From Candidatus Sericytochromatia bacterium (GTDB taxonomy: Bacteria; Cyanobacteriota; Sericytochromatia; S15B-MN24; UBA4093): a stretch of 64,000 bases of DNA. The position numbers and the translations under genes are program-made. The stretch's first letter is position 1. The number at the start of each line of letters is the position of its first letter. Positions 17,658 through 28,004 of the stretch are shown here, in pieces. Where the stretch lies: positions 128,001 through 192,000 of the forward strand of contig JAKFBU010000039.1 of assembly GCA_036676985.1 (NCBI GenBank), in the 5' to 3' direction. Below the pieces are notes generated by a model, which searched no databases, had not been told where the DNA came from, and was given only the letters and a program-made list of their open reading frames with translations.

Positions 17658-17900
17658 CTAGCGCGAGGTGACGTGGAAGATCTCGTCCAGGATCGCGTCC
17701 GCCAGCACGCGGTAGTGGCTCTGCACCTCCGGGTAGTGCGACGTCGAGCTGGACGGATAGAGCAGCAGGATGACCTTCTTCTCCTCGTTGAGGTCGAAGC
17801 TCCAGGTGAGCATCTGCCGGCGCATGTCGTGCGAATAGGTCAGGATCCCGCAGTAGGTCTCCCCATCGTGGCGCTCGATGACCACGCGATCGATTTCCAT
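17658..17900 (-). CDS. Hypothetical protein (80 aa)
   Basis: AGGAGG RBS, ATG, host-like codon usage. Confidence 0.65.
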   Translation of the reverse strand: MEIDRVVIERHDGETYCGILTYSHDMRRQMLTWSFDLNEEKKVILLLYPSSSTSHYPEVQSHYRVLADAILDEIFHVTSR

Positions 17901-18241
17901 CCGGCCTCCTACAGAGAGTTGACGCAGCGTTTGAGCACTTAACAAACCGCAACATCGCGTTCCGGCTATCTTAGCACCCACCCTACCCCCCTCAAAGCTG
18001 CAAGCGACGGACATTCGTCCGGGACGCGACGCCCCCGCCCCGCACGGCGCGGTCGTTTGGCCCACGACGGCCGCCCCCCTCGGGCTTTACATTAAGAAAA
18101 CATTAAATACGCAAGTTTCGGCCCGGCCCTCCGCATAAAGCTTAAGGGATGGTTAACCAATGGTTATGGTTCAACCGAATCCCCGCTCCGGCCGCCCCTT
18201 TGACCGAGCTCCCCGCTGCCCAGAATTGGAGGACGCATCCG

Positions 18242-19534
18242 ATGAATCGCCCCACCCGTCTCGCCATCGCCCTCGGTCTCCTCTCGACCCTGAGCCTCGT
18301 CGGCTGCGGCGTGCCCAACACGCAGACCGCGCTCCGCGGCACCTCCGCTGCCGCCCTCAGCCAGGTCTACAGCGTCGGCGGCCAGCCCCAGCTCATCGTC
18401 AAGCGCCGGATGGGCATCCAGGCGGTGTCGAGCGTCAAGAACCTCCGGCGGGTGCGCGCCACGGCGATCGCCGGGGTCGAGGTGGACGCCGTCACCGACG
18501 GCAACCTGCAGGCGGCCATGGCGGCCCTCCAGGCGGATCCGACCGTCGAGTACGTCGAGCCCAACTACCGCATGACCCTCCCCGAGGGCGCGGACATGCG
18601 CTCGAACCTGCCCGGCGCCGACGCCAACGTCAACTTCCCCGGCGCCTACGGCCCCAAGGTCACGCAGGGCATCCAGGCTCACGCCAAGACCACCGGCCAG
18701 GGCCAGGTCATCGCCATCGTCGACACGGGCGTGGACCTCAAGCACCCCGACCTCGCCAAGCGCCTGGTCGCCGGCACCAACACGGTGGACGCCCGCGGCT
18801 CGGCCCATGACGACCAGGGCCACGGCACCAACGTCGCGGGCATCGCGGCGGCCGACAACAACCCCCAGGCCGGCATCGTGGGCATGGCCCCCGGCGCCAA
18901 GATCATGCCCATCAAGGTGCTGGGCGCCGACGGCAGCGGCTCGGACGCCTCGGTGGCCGAGGGCATCCGCTGGGCGACGGACCACGGCGCGACCGTCATC
19001 AACCTGAGCCTGGGCGGTCCTTCGGCGAGCCAGACGGGGGCTGACGCCGTCAAGTACGCCCTCTCCAAGGGCGTGGTCGTGGTGGCGGCCATGGGCAACA
19101 ACGGCACGGGCCAGAAGAGCTACCCCGCCGCCTACCCCGGCGTGCTCTCGGTGGGCGCCACCGACGTCAACGACCAGGTGACGAGCTTCTCGCAGTACGG
19201 CAACTGGATCTCGGTGACGGCGCCCGGCTACAGCATCCTGTCGACCTTCCCGACCCACCGCGTCGCGAGCAACGACGAGTACGAGGCGAACAAGGCGGCC
19301 TACGAGCGGAACGGCATGAAGCTGACCCAGTCGTACGCCTACGTGACGGGCACCTCGCAGGCCACCCCGCACGTGGCGGGCCTCGCGGCCCTCGTCCGCG
19401 CCGCCAACCCCGGCCTCACGCCGGCCCAGGTGAAGAGCAAGATCGAGGCCGGCGCCGTCAAGACCAAGGGCATGACCGCCGCGTTCGACACGCACTACGG
19501 CCACGGCCGCATCGACGCCCTCAAGGCGCTCTAG
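18242..19534 (+). CDS. S8 subtilisin-like serine protease, lipoprotein
   Basis: LVGC lipobox; IVDTG, HGTNVAG, GTSQATPHVAG catalytic triad. Confidence 0.93.
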   Translation: MNRPTRLAIALGLLSTLSLVGCGVPNTQTALRGTSAAALSQVYSVGGQPQLIVKRRMGIQAVSSVKNLRRVRATAIAGVEVDAVTDGNLQAAMAALQADPTVEYVEPNYRMTLPEGADMRSNLPGADANVNFPGAYGPKVTQGIQAHAKTTGQGQVIAIVDTGVDLKHPDLAKRLVAGTNTVDARGSAHDDQGHGTNVAGIAAADNNPQAGIVGMAPGAKIMPIKVLGADGSGSDASVAEGIRWATDHGATVINLSLGGPSASQTGADAVKYALSKGVVVVAAMGNNGTGQKSYPAAYPGVLSVGATDVNDQVTSFSQYGNWISVTAPGYSILSTFPTHRVASNDEYEANKAAYERNGMKLTQSYAYVTGTSQATPHVAGLAALVRAANPGLTPAQVKSKIEAGAVKTKGMTAAFDTHYGHGRIDALKAL

Positions 19535-19545
19535 GTCGAAGCATC

Positions 19546-19580
19546 AAAAGGGGGGGTGGCCGATTGGCCACCCCCCTTTT
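19546..19580. terminator. Bidirectional terminator
   Basis: aaaagggggggtggcc..ggccacccccctttt between convergent genes. Confidence 0.8.
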
Positions 19581-19583
19581 GAC

Positions 19584-20225
19584 TTAGCGACCGCTCCAGA
19601 CGAGGAGCAGGGCCGGCACGTAGCAGGCGAGAGCGATCGCCCACAGGATCACGCTCGGCGGCAGTTGCCGCCGCTCAACCTCCGCGTGCAGGCCAAGGGC
19701 GCACGCGAGGAGCTGCTCACGCAGGGTGACGGGATCGCGGCCCATGAGGAGGGTCCCCACGACCCGATCCAGCTCGGGAACGCCGCACCGGCGCGACAGG
19801 GCGATCAGGGCCTCGCGCGGAGCGTGGCCGAGCCTCGTCTCTTGCAGGTAGACCATGAGCTCGGCCTTGAGGAGCCGGTGCTCCTGCGGATGCTCGCGCA
19901 CGACGGCGCCGACCGCCGATTCGAAGGACATCCCCACGGCCATGCGGCACACGATCCGGTCCAGGAGCGGAGCGACCGAGCGGGAGAGGGTCCGACGGCG
20001 CCGATCCTGCGGGCTCCAGCGCCAGGTCCCAGCCCGGCGTAGCTGCGCGAGGCCGTCGACCCACGCCAGACGCAGGCCCTCGAAGCGCGGCCCGACGAGG
20101 TCCGGCCCATCGTCCAGGAGGCTCAGGCGCCGTGCGACGAGCTGACGCCGGCGCATGGCGCGCATGGACGTCCCCCACGTGCCGACGGCCGCGACCGAGA
20201 GCGCGGTCCAGAGGAGTACGCTCAT
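19584..20225 (-). CDS. Divergent TadC-like (T2SS-F family) membrane protein
   Basis: LD..V..MAVGMSFESAV, ETRLG..PREAL..LSRRCGVPEL, shared with TadC at 41077. Confidence 0.65.
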   Translation of the reverse strand: MSVLLWTALSVAAVGTWGTSMRAMRRRQLVARRLSLLDDGPDLVGPRFEGLRLAWVDGLAQLRRAGTWRWSPQDRRRRTLSRSVAPLLDRIVCRMAVGMSFESAVGAVVREHPQEHRLLKAELMVYLQETRLGHAPREALIALSRRCGVPELDRVVGTLLMGRDPVTLREQLLACALGLHAEVERRQLPPSVILWAIALACYVPALLLVWSGR

Positions 20226-21082
20226 GCAAGCCCTCCTTTCACGCTGCCGACCCAGGCGATGAGCAGGGTCCCCACGCCGAAGCAGCTCCAGCCCGCCATC
20301 ATGACGAGCGATCCCGAGGTGCCGGCGTAGACCATGGCCGCCCCCACCGGGACGAACAGCCCCCAAGAGACGAGCCGGGTGCGCCGGGCATGGGCCCGCG
20401 CGAGCCGGATCCGCGACTCCAGGAGCGCCTGCAGGGGACGCAGCGACTCGGCGAGGCGGCGGCCGCGCTCATGGGGCACGGCCAGGCAGGAGACGAGCAT
20501 CTCCACCTCGGGCGACGGGTTGCGCCGGGCGAGCAGCCCGAAGGCCCGCTCTTCGGTCTGACCCTGGCGCAGGCCGTGGCGCACGCGGGCCAGCTCCCGG
20601 GCAGCCGCCCGGGGGGCGTGCTGCGAGACGAACTCGAGGGCCTGGTCGAGCGAGTTGCTCTCCTGCAAGCGATCCGCGAGCAGGCGCACGGCGTCGGGCA
20701 GCTGGAAGGCCACCCGGCGCCCGCGCCACCGGCGGAAGACCAGCCGAGCGATGCCTGCTGCCATCACGAGGCCGAAGACCCCCAGGAGGCTGTTCAGCAG
20801 GCCCCAGAGACGAGCGCCGAGGGCCACGGCGAGCACGACCGTGAGCGCCACGGCCCCGAGCTGCGCGCCCCTGCGCAAGAGCTGGCGCTGCTGCTGCTGA
20901 CGGGCTCGCGCGCGCCGCCGGTCCAGGATCTGCTGGGCCTTGTCGGACGGGACGGGCCCGGCGCCGACGGCGTCGAGCGCGCCCAGCCGCGCCTTGACGA
21001 GCGAGGCGCCGGACGACGGCAAGAAGTGGAGGACGAGCAGCGCCGAGATCGTCGCTGCCATGAACACCGCCACGTAGACCAT
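20222..21082 (-). CDS. Divergent TadB-like (T2SS-F family) membrane protein
   Basis: FQLPDAVRLLADRL..SLDQAL, AARELARV, multiple TM helices. Confidence 0.7.
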   Translation of the reverse strand: MVYVAVFMAATISALLVLHFLPSSGASLVKARLGALDAVGAGPVPSDKAQQILDRRRARARQQQQRQLLRRGAQLGAVALTVVLAVALGARLWGLLNSLLGVFGLVMAAGIARLVFRRWRGRRVAFQLPDAVRLLADRLQESNSLDQALEFVSQHAPRAAARELARVRHGLRQGQTEERAFGLLARRNPSPEVEMLVSCLAVPHERGRRLAESLRPLQALLESRIRLARAHARRTRLVSWGLFVPVGAAMVYAGTSGSLVMMAGWSCFGVGTLLIAWVGSVKGGLA

Positions 21083-21083
21083 A

Positions 21084-22262
21084 TCAGGCCCCGTAGCCAG
21101 CGGCGGGCCCCTTGCGCAGCCAGGAAACGAGCTGGCCGAAGGGATTGCCGGCCTTCAAGGGCACGATGGCCGTGGTGCTCGCCTCCCCGAAGGTCAGGAC
21201 CAGGCGCTCGACCTCCCGAGCGAGCGCGCCGCGCGGGTCCGCCTGCAGGATGGGGATCCCCTGGTTGATGGCATGCCTGGCGGCCGAGGGCTCGTGCGGC
21301 AGGACCCAGTCGAGCGATCGCTTGAGGATCTTGGCGGCCTCCTGGCGGCTAACGTCACTCTTCTCGCCCCAGGTCACGAGCTCGAAGCCCCGCGTGTCCA
21401 CGCCCGCCTCCTGGAGGTCGGCGAAGTCCCGCTGCAAGGCCCGGATCTGCGTGACGTCCAGGCCCATGGGCACGAAGGTCCGGTCGGCATGGGCGAGGAT
21501 GGTGCGGTTCGTCTCGGGCATGGCGGGGTGCGTGTCCGCCACTACCCAGCAGTCGCGCTGCTTGAGCCACAAGAGCAGGCTCTTGAGCTTGTCGGTCTTG
21601 ATGTGGCGATCGCCCCGGGTCCAGCCCAGGAGCTTGATGCCCGTCGGGTGCGAGGCGAGGGCCCCGTCGAGGCGGCTGCCCGAGAGCACCGAGGCGATGC
21701 CTTGCTGGGGTTGCACGTTCAGCATGAGGTCCAGATCCCCCAGGTGGAACGCCCCGTCCAGGAGGATGGTCTCGCGCCCGGTGGCGCGGTAGAGGCCGAT
21801 GGCGAGGTTGGTCGCGAGCGTCGAGCGCCCGATGCCACCCTTGGGCGAGTAGACGGCGACGAGCCGCCCCAGGCGCTGATCGCCATTGAGCTCGGGGCCG
21901 GGCTCCGGCTTCGCGAGGCGCTCGATGGCCGCCTTGAGGGCCTTGGCGTCCTCGGCGGGCACGCACTCGGACACTCCGGCCTGGATGAAGGAGAGGCGCC
22001 GCGGGTCGTCGAGCTCGAGGCCGACCACCATCAGCTTGGCCCAGGGGACGGTCGCCCCCAGGCGGCGCACGGTGTCGAGCGCGTCGCCCGACAGGCCGAG
22101 CACCACGAGATCCGGCTGGCTGAGGCTCGCGAAGTGCAGCCCGTCCTCGCCGTCGGTGACCTCCCCGATGACCTGGCAGGCGGCGTGCGCGCGCAGGAGC
22201 GAGCGGTAGCGATCGCGCGTGGCGTCGTCAGCCAGCAGCAGGGTACGCAATGGATGGCTCAT
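21084..22262 (-). CDS. CpaE/TadZ-like receiver + MinD/ParA-type ATPase (paralog 2)
   Basis: Receiver-like N-terminus, YSPKGGIGRSTLATNLA, GDLDLMLNVQP, AINQGIP. Confidence 0.8.
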   Translation of the reverse strand: MSHPLRTLLLADDATRDRYRSLLRAHAACQVIGEVTDGEDGLHFASLSQPDLVVLGLSGDALDTVRRLGATVPWAKLMVVGLELDDPRRLSFIQAGVSECVPAEDAKALKAAIERLAKPEPGPELNGDQRLGRLVAVYSPKGGIGRSTLATNLAIGLYRATGRETILLDGAFHLGDLDLMLNVQPQQGIASVLSGSRLDGALASHPTGIKLLGWTRGDRHIKTDKLKSLLLWLKQRDCWVVADTHPAMPETNRTILAHADRTFVPMGLDVTQIRALQRDFADLQEAGVDTRGFELVTWGEKSDVSRQEAAKILKRSLDWVLPHEPSAARHAINQGIPILQADPRGALAREVERLVLTFGEASTTAIVPLKAGNPFGQLVSWLRKGPAAGYGA

Positions 22263-22271
22263 GGGGCCTCC

Positions 22272-22679
22272 TTACGGCGTGGCGACCGGAGTCGTCTTGG
22301 CGGGCAGGGCGGAGATCTTGGCCGGCGCCTTGAACGCCGGCTTGGCAGCCGGAGCCTTGGCGACCGGCGCCTTGGCGGCAGGCTTGGGAGCCGGGACGAA
22401 CTGGACCTGCAGCTCGTCGCCGTGCACCGTCAACACGACCTCACCCGGCTCCTGGTGCTTCAAGACGATCCGCTTGGGTGCCGTCTTCACGGCCACCTCC
22501 GCCTGAGGCGCGCTCGCCTGCTTCGGGGCGGGGACCGCGGCGGGGCGGGACGTCGGCTGGGCCGGGGCGGCGACGGCCGGTAGCGTCCGACCGTTGGCAT
22601 GCTGCGTGAGGTACATGCCGCCCGTGACCATGCCCCCGAACGCCAGGGCTGCGGCGAGGCGCAGCGGACTCACTCCCAT
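22272..22679 (-). CDS. Exported Ala/Pro/Lys-rich hypothetical protein
   Basis: GGAGGAGG RBS; N-terminal hydrophobic anchor; first gene of the partial tad operon. Confidence 0.6.
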   Translation of the reverse strand: MGVSPLRLAAALAFGGMVTGGMYLTQHANGRTLPAVAAPAQPTSRPAAVPAPKQASAPQAEVAVKTAPKRIVLKHQEPGEVVLTVHGDELQVQFVPAPKPAAKAPVAKAPAAKPAFKAPAKISALPAKTTPVATP

Positions 22680-22894
22680 GGTTCCTCCTCCGGAATCGTC
22701 TTGCATGGCGGATGCCCGCCTAGTTCATTACCTACCGAGGCCACGTTGAGGGACGGCTAACGCTTTGTTGCACGGAAATGAAGCAAGGCCGAATACTGGC
22801 TTAATACGTGCTTAATAGCCGCGCGAAGCGGGCGTCACAGCCCCCGCCTAGGCTGAAGCGTTGGTGACATCGCCACGGTAGGAGGAGACTGTCC

Positions 22895-24016
22895 ATGAAC
22901 AGCTGGAGGCACGCTGCCCTTGCCGGCCTCTTGGCCGCCACGCTCACGGCCTGCGGCCCGGCACCCGGTGGGGTGGACGGCTCGCCGGGCGCCGACGGCG
23001 TGCCGCACGACGTAACAGCCGAGTACTCGCCCGGCGAGGTCTCCGTCTCGCCCACCATCGAGCAGGCCCGGCCCAACGTCGTGGCCGAGACGCTCGCAGG
23101 CTCCGGCTCGCCCGGCAGCTCGGACGGCACGGGACCAGCAGCGAGCATGCTCTCGCCCGAGGGCCTCGCGGTCGCAGCCGACGGCACGGTCTACGTGGCC
23201 GAGCCCTATTCCTACCGGATCCGGCGCATCGCGCCCGACGGCCAGGTCACGACGCTTGCGGGCGGCGGCGCCGAGCCCGGGCGTCTGGACGGACAGGGCT
23301 CGCAGGCCCGGTTCATGGGGCCCAAGGACGTGGCGATCGCCCCCCAGGGCGACCTGTACGTCGTGGACTTCGACTCCGTGCGCCGCGTGAGCCCCGCGGG
23401 GACGGTGACGACCCTCGCCCTCAAGAACGCCGACGGCAGCGAGTACCAGCCCATCGAGCTCTTCGGGATCGCCGCCGACGCCCAGGGCAACCTCTACCTC
23501 TCGTCGACCTACTGGATCGACCGCGTGAGTCCGTCCGGCACCGTCTCGCGGTACGCGGGCAACGACGTCAAGGGCTACGCGGACGGCGCTGTCGGGCGCA
23601 GTTACTTCAACCTGCCGCGCAAGCTCGCCTTCGATCGCGCGGGCAACCTGTTCGTGGCGGACTACGGCAACCTGCGCATCCGGCGCATCGCACCCGATCG
23701 CTCGGTGACGACGGTGGCGGGCAACGGCATCCTCGGCTACACGGACGGTCCGGCCGCCAACTCGCGGCTCAACTTCCCGAGCGGCCTTGCCGTGGACGCG
23801 GCAGGCAACGTGCTGGTGGCCGACACCTTCAACCACTCCATCCGCCAGATCGGCACGGACGGCGTGGTCCGGACCCTGGCCGGCAACAACGCGGCGGGCT
23901 ACTCCGACGGCACCGGCACCATCCAGTTCGATCGCCCGATGGACGTCGCCGTCCGGCCCGACGGCTCGATCCTGGTGGCGGACAGCGAGAACGACCGCGT
24001 CCGCATCCTGAGGTAA
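22895..24016 (+). CDS. NHL-repeat beta-propeller lipoprotein
   Basis: LTAC lipobox; repeated P.GLAV...G..YVAD..N.RIRRI..DG.V.TLAG. Confidence 0.9.
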   Translation: MNSWRHAALAGLLAATLTACGPAPGGVDGSPGADGVPHDVTAEYSPGEVSVSPTIEQARPNVVAETLAGSGSPGSSDGTGPAASMLSPEGLAVAADGTVYVAEPYSYRIRRIAPDGQVTTLAGGGAEPGRLDGQGSQARFMGPKDVAIAPQGDLYVVDFDSVRRVSPAGTVTTLALKNADGSEYQPIELFGIAADAQGNLYLSSTYWIDRVSPSGTVSRYAGNDVKGYADGAVGRSYFNLPRKLAFDRAGNLFVADYGNLRIRRIAPDRSVTTVAGNGILGYTDGPAANSRLNFPSGLAVDAAGNVLVADTFNHSIRQIGTDGVVRTLAGNNAAGYSDGTGTIQFDRPMDVAVRPDGSILVADSENDRVRILR

Positions 24017-24018
24017 TC

Positions 24019-25197
24019 ATGCGCCGTCTCTTGCCCCTGGCGCTCTTCGGTCTCGTCGCCTGCTCCGCCCCACCCCCGTCCGTCCCCTCCACGATCGGCC
24101 CCCCGGCTCCGGTCCGGACCGCGACGCCCCGTCCTTTCCCGAGCTCGACGCCCGACGTCATCGGCGAGCGCGATCTGCTCCTGCAGACGGCCGTCGGCAG
24201 CGGCACGGCGGGCTTCGCCGGGGACGGCGGCCCTCCGCAGGAGGCCCGACTGAACACGCCGACGGGGCTCGCTATCAACCGCGGAGACCTCCTGATCGCC
24301 GACCAGGCCAACCACCGCATCCGGCGCCTCACCTACGACGGGGAGCTCGAGACCTACGTGGGCACCGGCACGCCCGGCTTCAACGGCGACGGCGCCGCGC
24401 TCACCCAGCTCCAGCTCAACTCCCCCTACAAGATCCTCTCGGACGACGCCACGGGGCTCATCTTTATCGCCGATCGGGGCAACGGGCTCATCCGCTGCAT
24501 CGACCCGAGCGATCGCCTGATCACCGTCGCCGGCGGCGGGCAAACGACCCTCACGAACGGCGGGGCGGCCGTCAGCGGCCTGGATGCCAAGCTCGACGGG
24601 GTGGCCGGCATGGCCATCGACTCGTCGGGCCACCTCTACATCACCGAGTCCTCGGGCAACCGCATCCTGCGCCTCAACGTCGATCACGAGTGGCAGATCT
24701 CGGTCTACGCGGGCACGGGCACGGCGGGCTTCGGCGGCGACGGAGGAAACGCCCTCCAGGCGCGCTTCAACCAGCCCGTGGATCTGGCCATCGACGCCCA
24801 GGACAACCTCTACGTCGCCGACATGGGCAACCACCGGATCCGCAAGATCTCCCCGGAGGGGGTGGTGTCGACCCTCGCCGGCAACGGCCTGCCCGGGTTC
24901 TTCGGCGACGGCCGGCCCGCCGAGGAGGCGAGCCTCAACCTGCCCTCGGCCGTGGCCTCGGACAACCAGGGCAACATCTTCCTGGCCGACAGCGGCAACC
25001 AGCGGATCCGGGGGGTGCGCCCCGACGGGGCCATCGTCACCCTCGCCGGCACGGGAACTGCGGGCTACTCGGGCGACGGCGGCCTGCCGGGGCTGGGCAC
25101 GTTCAACGCGCCGTGGGCGATCGCCTACTCTCCCACGGGCGGCCTCTACGTGGCCGACCGAGACAACCACGCCATCCGGCACTTCAACGTGCCCTAA
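24019..25197 (+). CDS. NHL-repeat beta-propeller lipoprotein
   Basis: LVAC lipobox; GTAGFxGDGG and NHRIR repeats. Confidence 0.9.
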   Translation: MRRLLPLALFGLVACSAPPPSVPSTIGPPAPVRTATPRPFPSSTPDVIGERDLLLQTAVGSGTAGFAGDGGPPQEARLNTPTGLAINRGDLLIADQANHRIRRLTYDGELETYVGTGTPGFNGDGAALTQLQLNSPYKILSDDATGLIFIADRGNGLIRCIDPSDRLITVAGGGQTTLTNGGAAVSGLDAKLDGVAGMAIDSSGHLYITESSGNRILRLNVDHEWQISVYAGTGTAGFGGDGGNALQARFNQPVDLAIDAQDNLYVADMGNHRIRKISPEGVVSTLAGNGLPGFFGDGRPAEEASLNLPSAVASDNQGNIFLADSGNQRIRGVRPDGAIVTLAGTGTAGYSGDGGLPGLGTFNAPWAIAYSPTGGLYVADRDNHAIRHFNVP

Positions 25198-25199
25198 GC

Positions 25200-25231
25200 C
25201 GAACGGCCCCCGGTTTCCCGGGGGCCGTTCG
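25200..25231. terminator. Hairpin between convergent operons
   Basis: cgaacggcccccgg-tttc-ccgggggccgttcg. Confidence 0.7.
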
Positions 25232-25252
25232 CTTGGTGGGTCGCGTTGGACC

Positions 25253-26488
25253 CTATTTGCTCACCTTCACGAAGGTCGCCTTGATCAGGCCCAGCGCGAC
25301 GTTGAGCTCCGATCCGTCGTCGCTGAACTGCATCGAGACCGTTTTCCCGCCTTTGCTGGCGCTCAGGTTCTTGGCGAACTGGGACGTGAACGAGTGCGAG
25401 AAGTCCGCGCCCTTGATGATCGAGAGGAACACGTCGACCTTGACGTTGTCGCTCTTGCCCGCGCGCTCGAAGGTGATGCGGCTCTCGCTGCCGCCCTTGA
25501 GCTCCCAGGCGCCCCCGATCTTGTCGATGAGGGCGACCGGAGCCGCGGTCGGCGCCGGAGTGGGCGTGGTCAGCCGGTTGGCAGCCGCCGCAGCGGCGGC
25601 CGGCGGCAGGGCATTCTTGATGGAGCCGCCGGAGGTCTGGGCCTTCTTCGCCTCGGACGCGACCGCGGAGTTCGCGCCCATGGCCGACCGCAGCTTCGAA
25701 CCCGACAGCGCCACCTGCGTGTTGCCCGCACCCTTGTTCGACAGGAAGGTTCCGACCTTGGTCTTGGCCACCTGCGAGCTGAGATCGGACAGTGCCGCCT
25801 GGGGCGAGTGAAGTCGGCCCAAGATCACCCGACGGTCGTCGGTCCCGAGCGAGTCACGCCGGCTGAAGGCGTCCTTGCCCGAGGAGGCGACGTCCTTGTT
25901 GTAGGGCGATCCGACCACCCAGTCCGTGTACTCCGGCGTGGGATCGAGCTCGCTGAAGGTCTCCTTGGTAAGGGGATCCGTCCACTCGACCAGGTAGTAG
26001 TTCACGTCCCGGGTCCGGGTCGCGTAACGGTTGTAGACGGTCCACGGCTTGTAGCCCGCCACGTCCTCGAAGAGGGAGTAGCGCGTCAGCTTGTAGGTGA
26101 CCAGGAAATCGTCCTCGTAGTAGGACTTCTTGGAGTTGGGGACGTCTCCCTGGAGCACCTCGAACTTCTTGCGGGTCGTGATCTCGTCCCCGCCGTAGAC
26201 GCGATCGGTCTTGCCCATCGAGATCTCGCCCTTTTCCTCGCGCGACGTGGACACCTTGCGGCTCAGATCCCCGTCCTGGAGGAAGTAGGTGCGGTTCTTG
26301 ACGTCCACCAACTGCCAGGAGCCCGAGCCGGGCTTCTCGGGGTTGGGAACGAAGGTCCTGACCTTGCGCTCCTTGACCACCAGCCAGTCGGCACCCAGGT
26401 TGGGGGCCTGGGCGAGGGCCGGCTGCACGAGGATCGAGAGCGCCACCAGCGAGCAGGACGCCGTGCCGACGATCTGACGAATGTTCAT
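25253..26488 (-). CDS. Secreted 'family B' protein (paralog B3)
   Basis: PALA-Q signal peptide; W.lV....r.F.P repeats; TFLS..GAGNT..ALSGS motif; Ala/Pro linker; C-terminal beta domain. Confidence 0.8.
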   Translation of the reverse strand: MNIRQIVGTASCSLVALSILVQPALAQAPNLGADWLVVKERKVRTFVPNPEKPGSGSWQLVDVKNRTYFLQDGDLSRKVSTSREEKGEISMGKTDRVYGGDEITTRKKFEVLQGDVPNSKKSYYEDDFLVTYKLTRYSLFEDVAGYKPWTVYNRYATRTRDVNYYLVEWTDPLTKETFSELDPTPEYTDWVVGSPYNKDVASSGKDAFSRRDSLGTDDRRVILGRLHSPQAALSDLSSQVAKTKVGTFLSNKGAGNTQVALSGSKLRSAMGANSAVASEAKKAQTSGGSIKNALPPAAAAAAANRLTTPTPAPTAAPVALIDKIGGAWELKGGSESRITFERAGKSDNVKVDVFLSIIKGADFSHSFTSQFAKNLSASKGGKTVSMQFSDDGSELNVALGLIKATFVKVSK

Positions 26489-26497
26489 GTTGGCCTC

Positions 26498-27979
26498 CTA
26501 CTTCTTCTGCCCGGGCGCCTGTGCCGGGTCGAGCGCAAACCACACGTCCTCGCTGAGGATGGGCTTGCCGTCGCGGATGGCCTGGCTGCGCATGAGGTAC
26601 TCGCCGTCGTCGTTGAGGACGTACTTGTGCTTCAAGGAAACCTCGGTGATGCCGACAGAGGCGAGCGAGAAGATCTCGGGCGCCTGGACGCGGCCGTCGT
26701 GGTTGCCGTCCTTCCAGAGCTTCAGGCCCTCGAGCTGTTCGCCCTTCAGGATCCCGCTGCCCATCTTGGGCATCAGGCCGGAGGTGTCGGCGAGCAACGC
26801 CGGCGTGTCCCACTTGGCGGCAAGCTTGGCATAGCCGTTGGCGTAGCCGCCCGCGTTGCCGAAGAGCAGGCTGCCGTCGATGTAGCCGTTGCCCTTGGCC
26901 GCGGCCGAGACCTTGCCCTGCCGGTCGTCGACCAGGAAGGCGTCGCCGGTGTCGTTGAGCCACTCGGTGCGCAGCTGCTTGCCTTCCGCCATCAGGTCGA
27001 ACAGGAGCGAGCCGGCGGGCACGTACTTGTTCTTGGGGTTGCGGAGCATGGCCGTGCTGAGGCCCGTGACGCCGATCTTGCCGTCGCCGTTGAGGTCGAA
27101 GGCGATGGGCGACGCCGTCCAGACGGCCTCCCGGTACAGGGCCTTGGCGAGACCGGTCGCCTCGGCGGTGGTCAGCCCGCCGACCGACAGCTTGAAGAGG
27201 TCCGAGTAGCCGCTCCAGACCTGGTAGCCCGTTTTCGAGGAGAACTTCTGCATGTACGGGTTGCTGGCGTCGTAGACGTTGTAGGTCTTGGAGCCCGCGT
27301 ACTGGCTGAAGTTGCCCGTCAGGGGCGACGCCAGGGTGAACGCGGGCAGGATGCCCGACTCCATCGCCTCGGCGATCTTCAAGAAGCGATAGGCCTGCGA
27401 GAGGATCGACTTGGTGTTGTGATAGAAGTTGTTGTTGTTCGGCGCGGCCTGCTCGGAGATGACCGCGCTGCGGCGACCTTCCCAGTCGCTCGAGTCGTTG
27501 AACTGGGCCTTGAGGACCACGCCCCAGCGAGTCTCCATCTCAGGCAGCTTGAAGGCCCGGGTGTGGTAGTCGTAGGTCGGGGTGTCCGGCGCGTTGTCGG
27601 AGGGGAAGATGCCCGTCGTCTGCACGTTGGTCAGGTAGGGCTTGAGCTCGTTGAGCTTGGTCTTGAGCTGATCCATGGTGAGCTGGCCATCGGCGATCTT
27701 CTTGGCGAGGTCATCCAGGCCCGTCTGCGAGGGGACCAGGTTGCTGCCGAAGACGTCGGAGAAGACGTTGCGGACGGCCGCCGCATCGTAGGCGACCCAG
27801 CGGAAGGTCCGCTCCTGGACGTTGATCCAGTAGCCGTTCTTGCCGTTGCTCTGGCCGCGGGTGACCGATTGCGACTTCTCGACTCGATCGGAAGCCTGGG
27901 CGGTGGCAGCGAGGGGAAGTACCAGCGTCGTCACGGCGAGCACCCCCGCCGCGAGCCGGGTCCATTGTGGCTGTTTCAT
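26498..27979 (-). CDS. Secreted 'family A' protein with FrpC SPM-like C-terminal domain (A5)
   Basis: Signal peptide; SPIAFDLNGDG..EWLND..LFG..NGYAKLA..LKLWKDGNHDG..EDVWFA. Confidence 0.8.
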   Translation of the reverse strand: MKQPQWTRLAAGVLAVTTLVLPLAATAQASDRVEKSQSVTRGQSNGKNGYWINVQERTFRWVAYDAAAVRNVFSDVFGSNLVPSQTGLDDLAKKIADGQLTMDQLKTKLNELKPYLTNVQTTGIFPSDNAPDTPTYDYHTRAFKLPEMETRWGVVLKAQFNDSSDWEGRRSAVISEQAAPNNNNFYHNTKSILSQAYRFLKIAEAMESGILPAFTLASPLTGNFSQYAGSKTYNVYDASNPYMQKFSSKTGYQVWSGYSDLFKLSVGGLTTAEATGLAKALYREAVWTASPIAFDLNGDGKIGVTGLSTAMLRNPKNKYVPAGSLLFDLMAEGKQLRTEWLNDTGDAFLVDDRQGKVSAAAKGNGYIDGSLLFGNAGGYANGYAKLAAKWDTPALLADTSGLMPKMGSGILKGEQLEGLKLWKDGNHDGRVQAPEIFSLASVGITEVSLKHKYVLNDDGEYLMRSQAIRDGKPILSEDVWFALDPAQAPGQKK

Positions 27980-28004
27980 GGCTTACTCCTTTGAGGCTCG
28001 GCGG

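Noticed and set aside
24584-27994. 1136-aa plus-strand ORF and many other long overlapping ORFs
   Set aside because: High-GC shadow frames opposite or overlapping genes with clear motifs, RBSs and signal peptides
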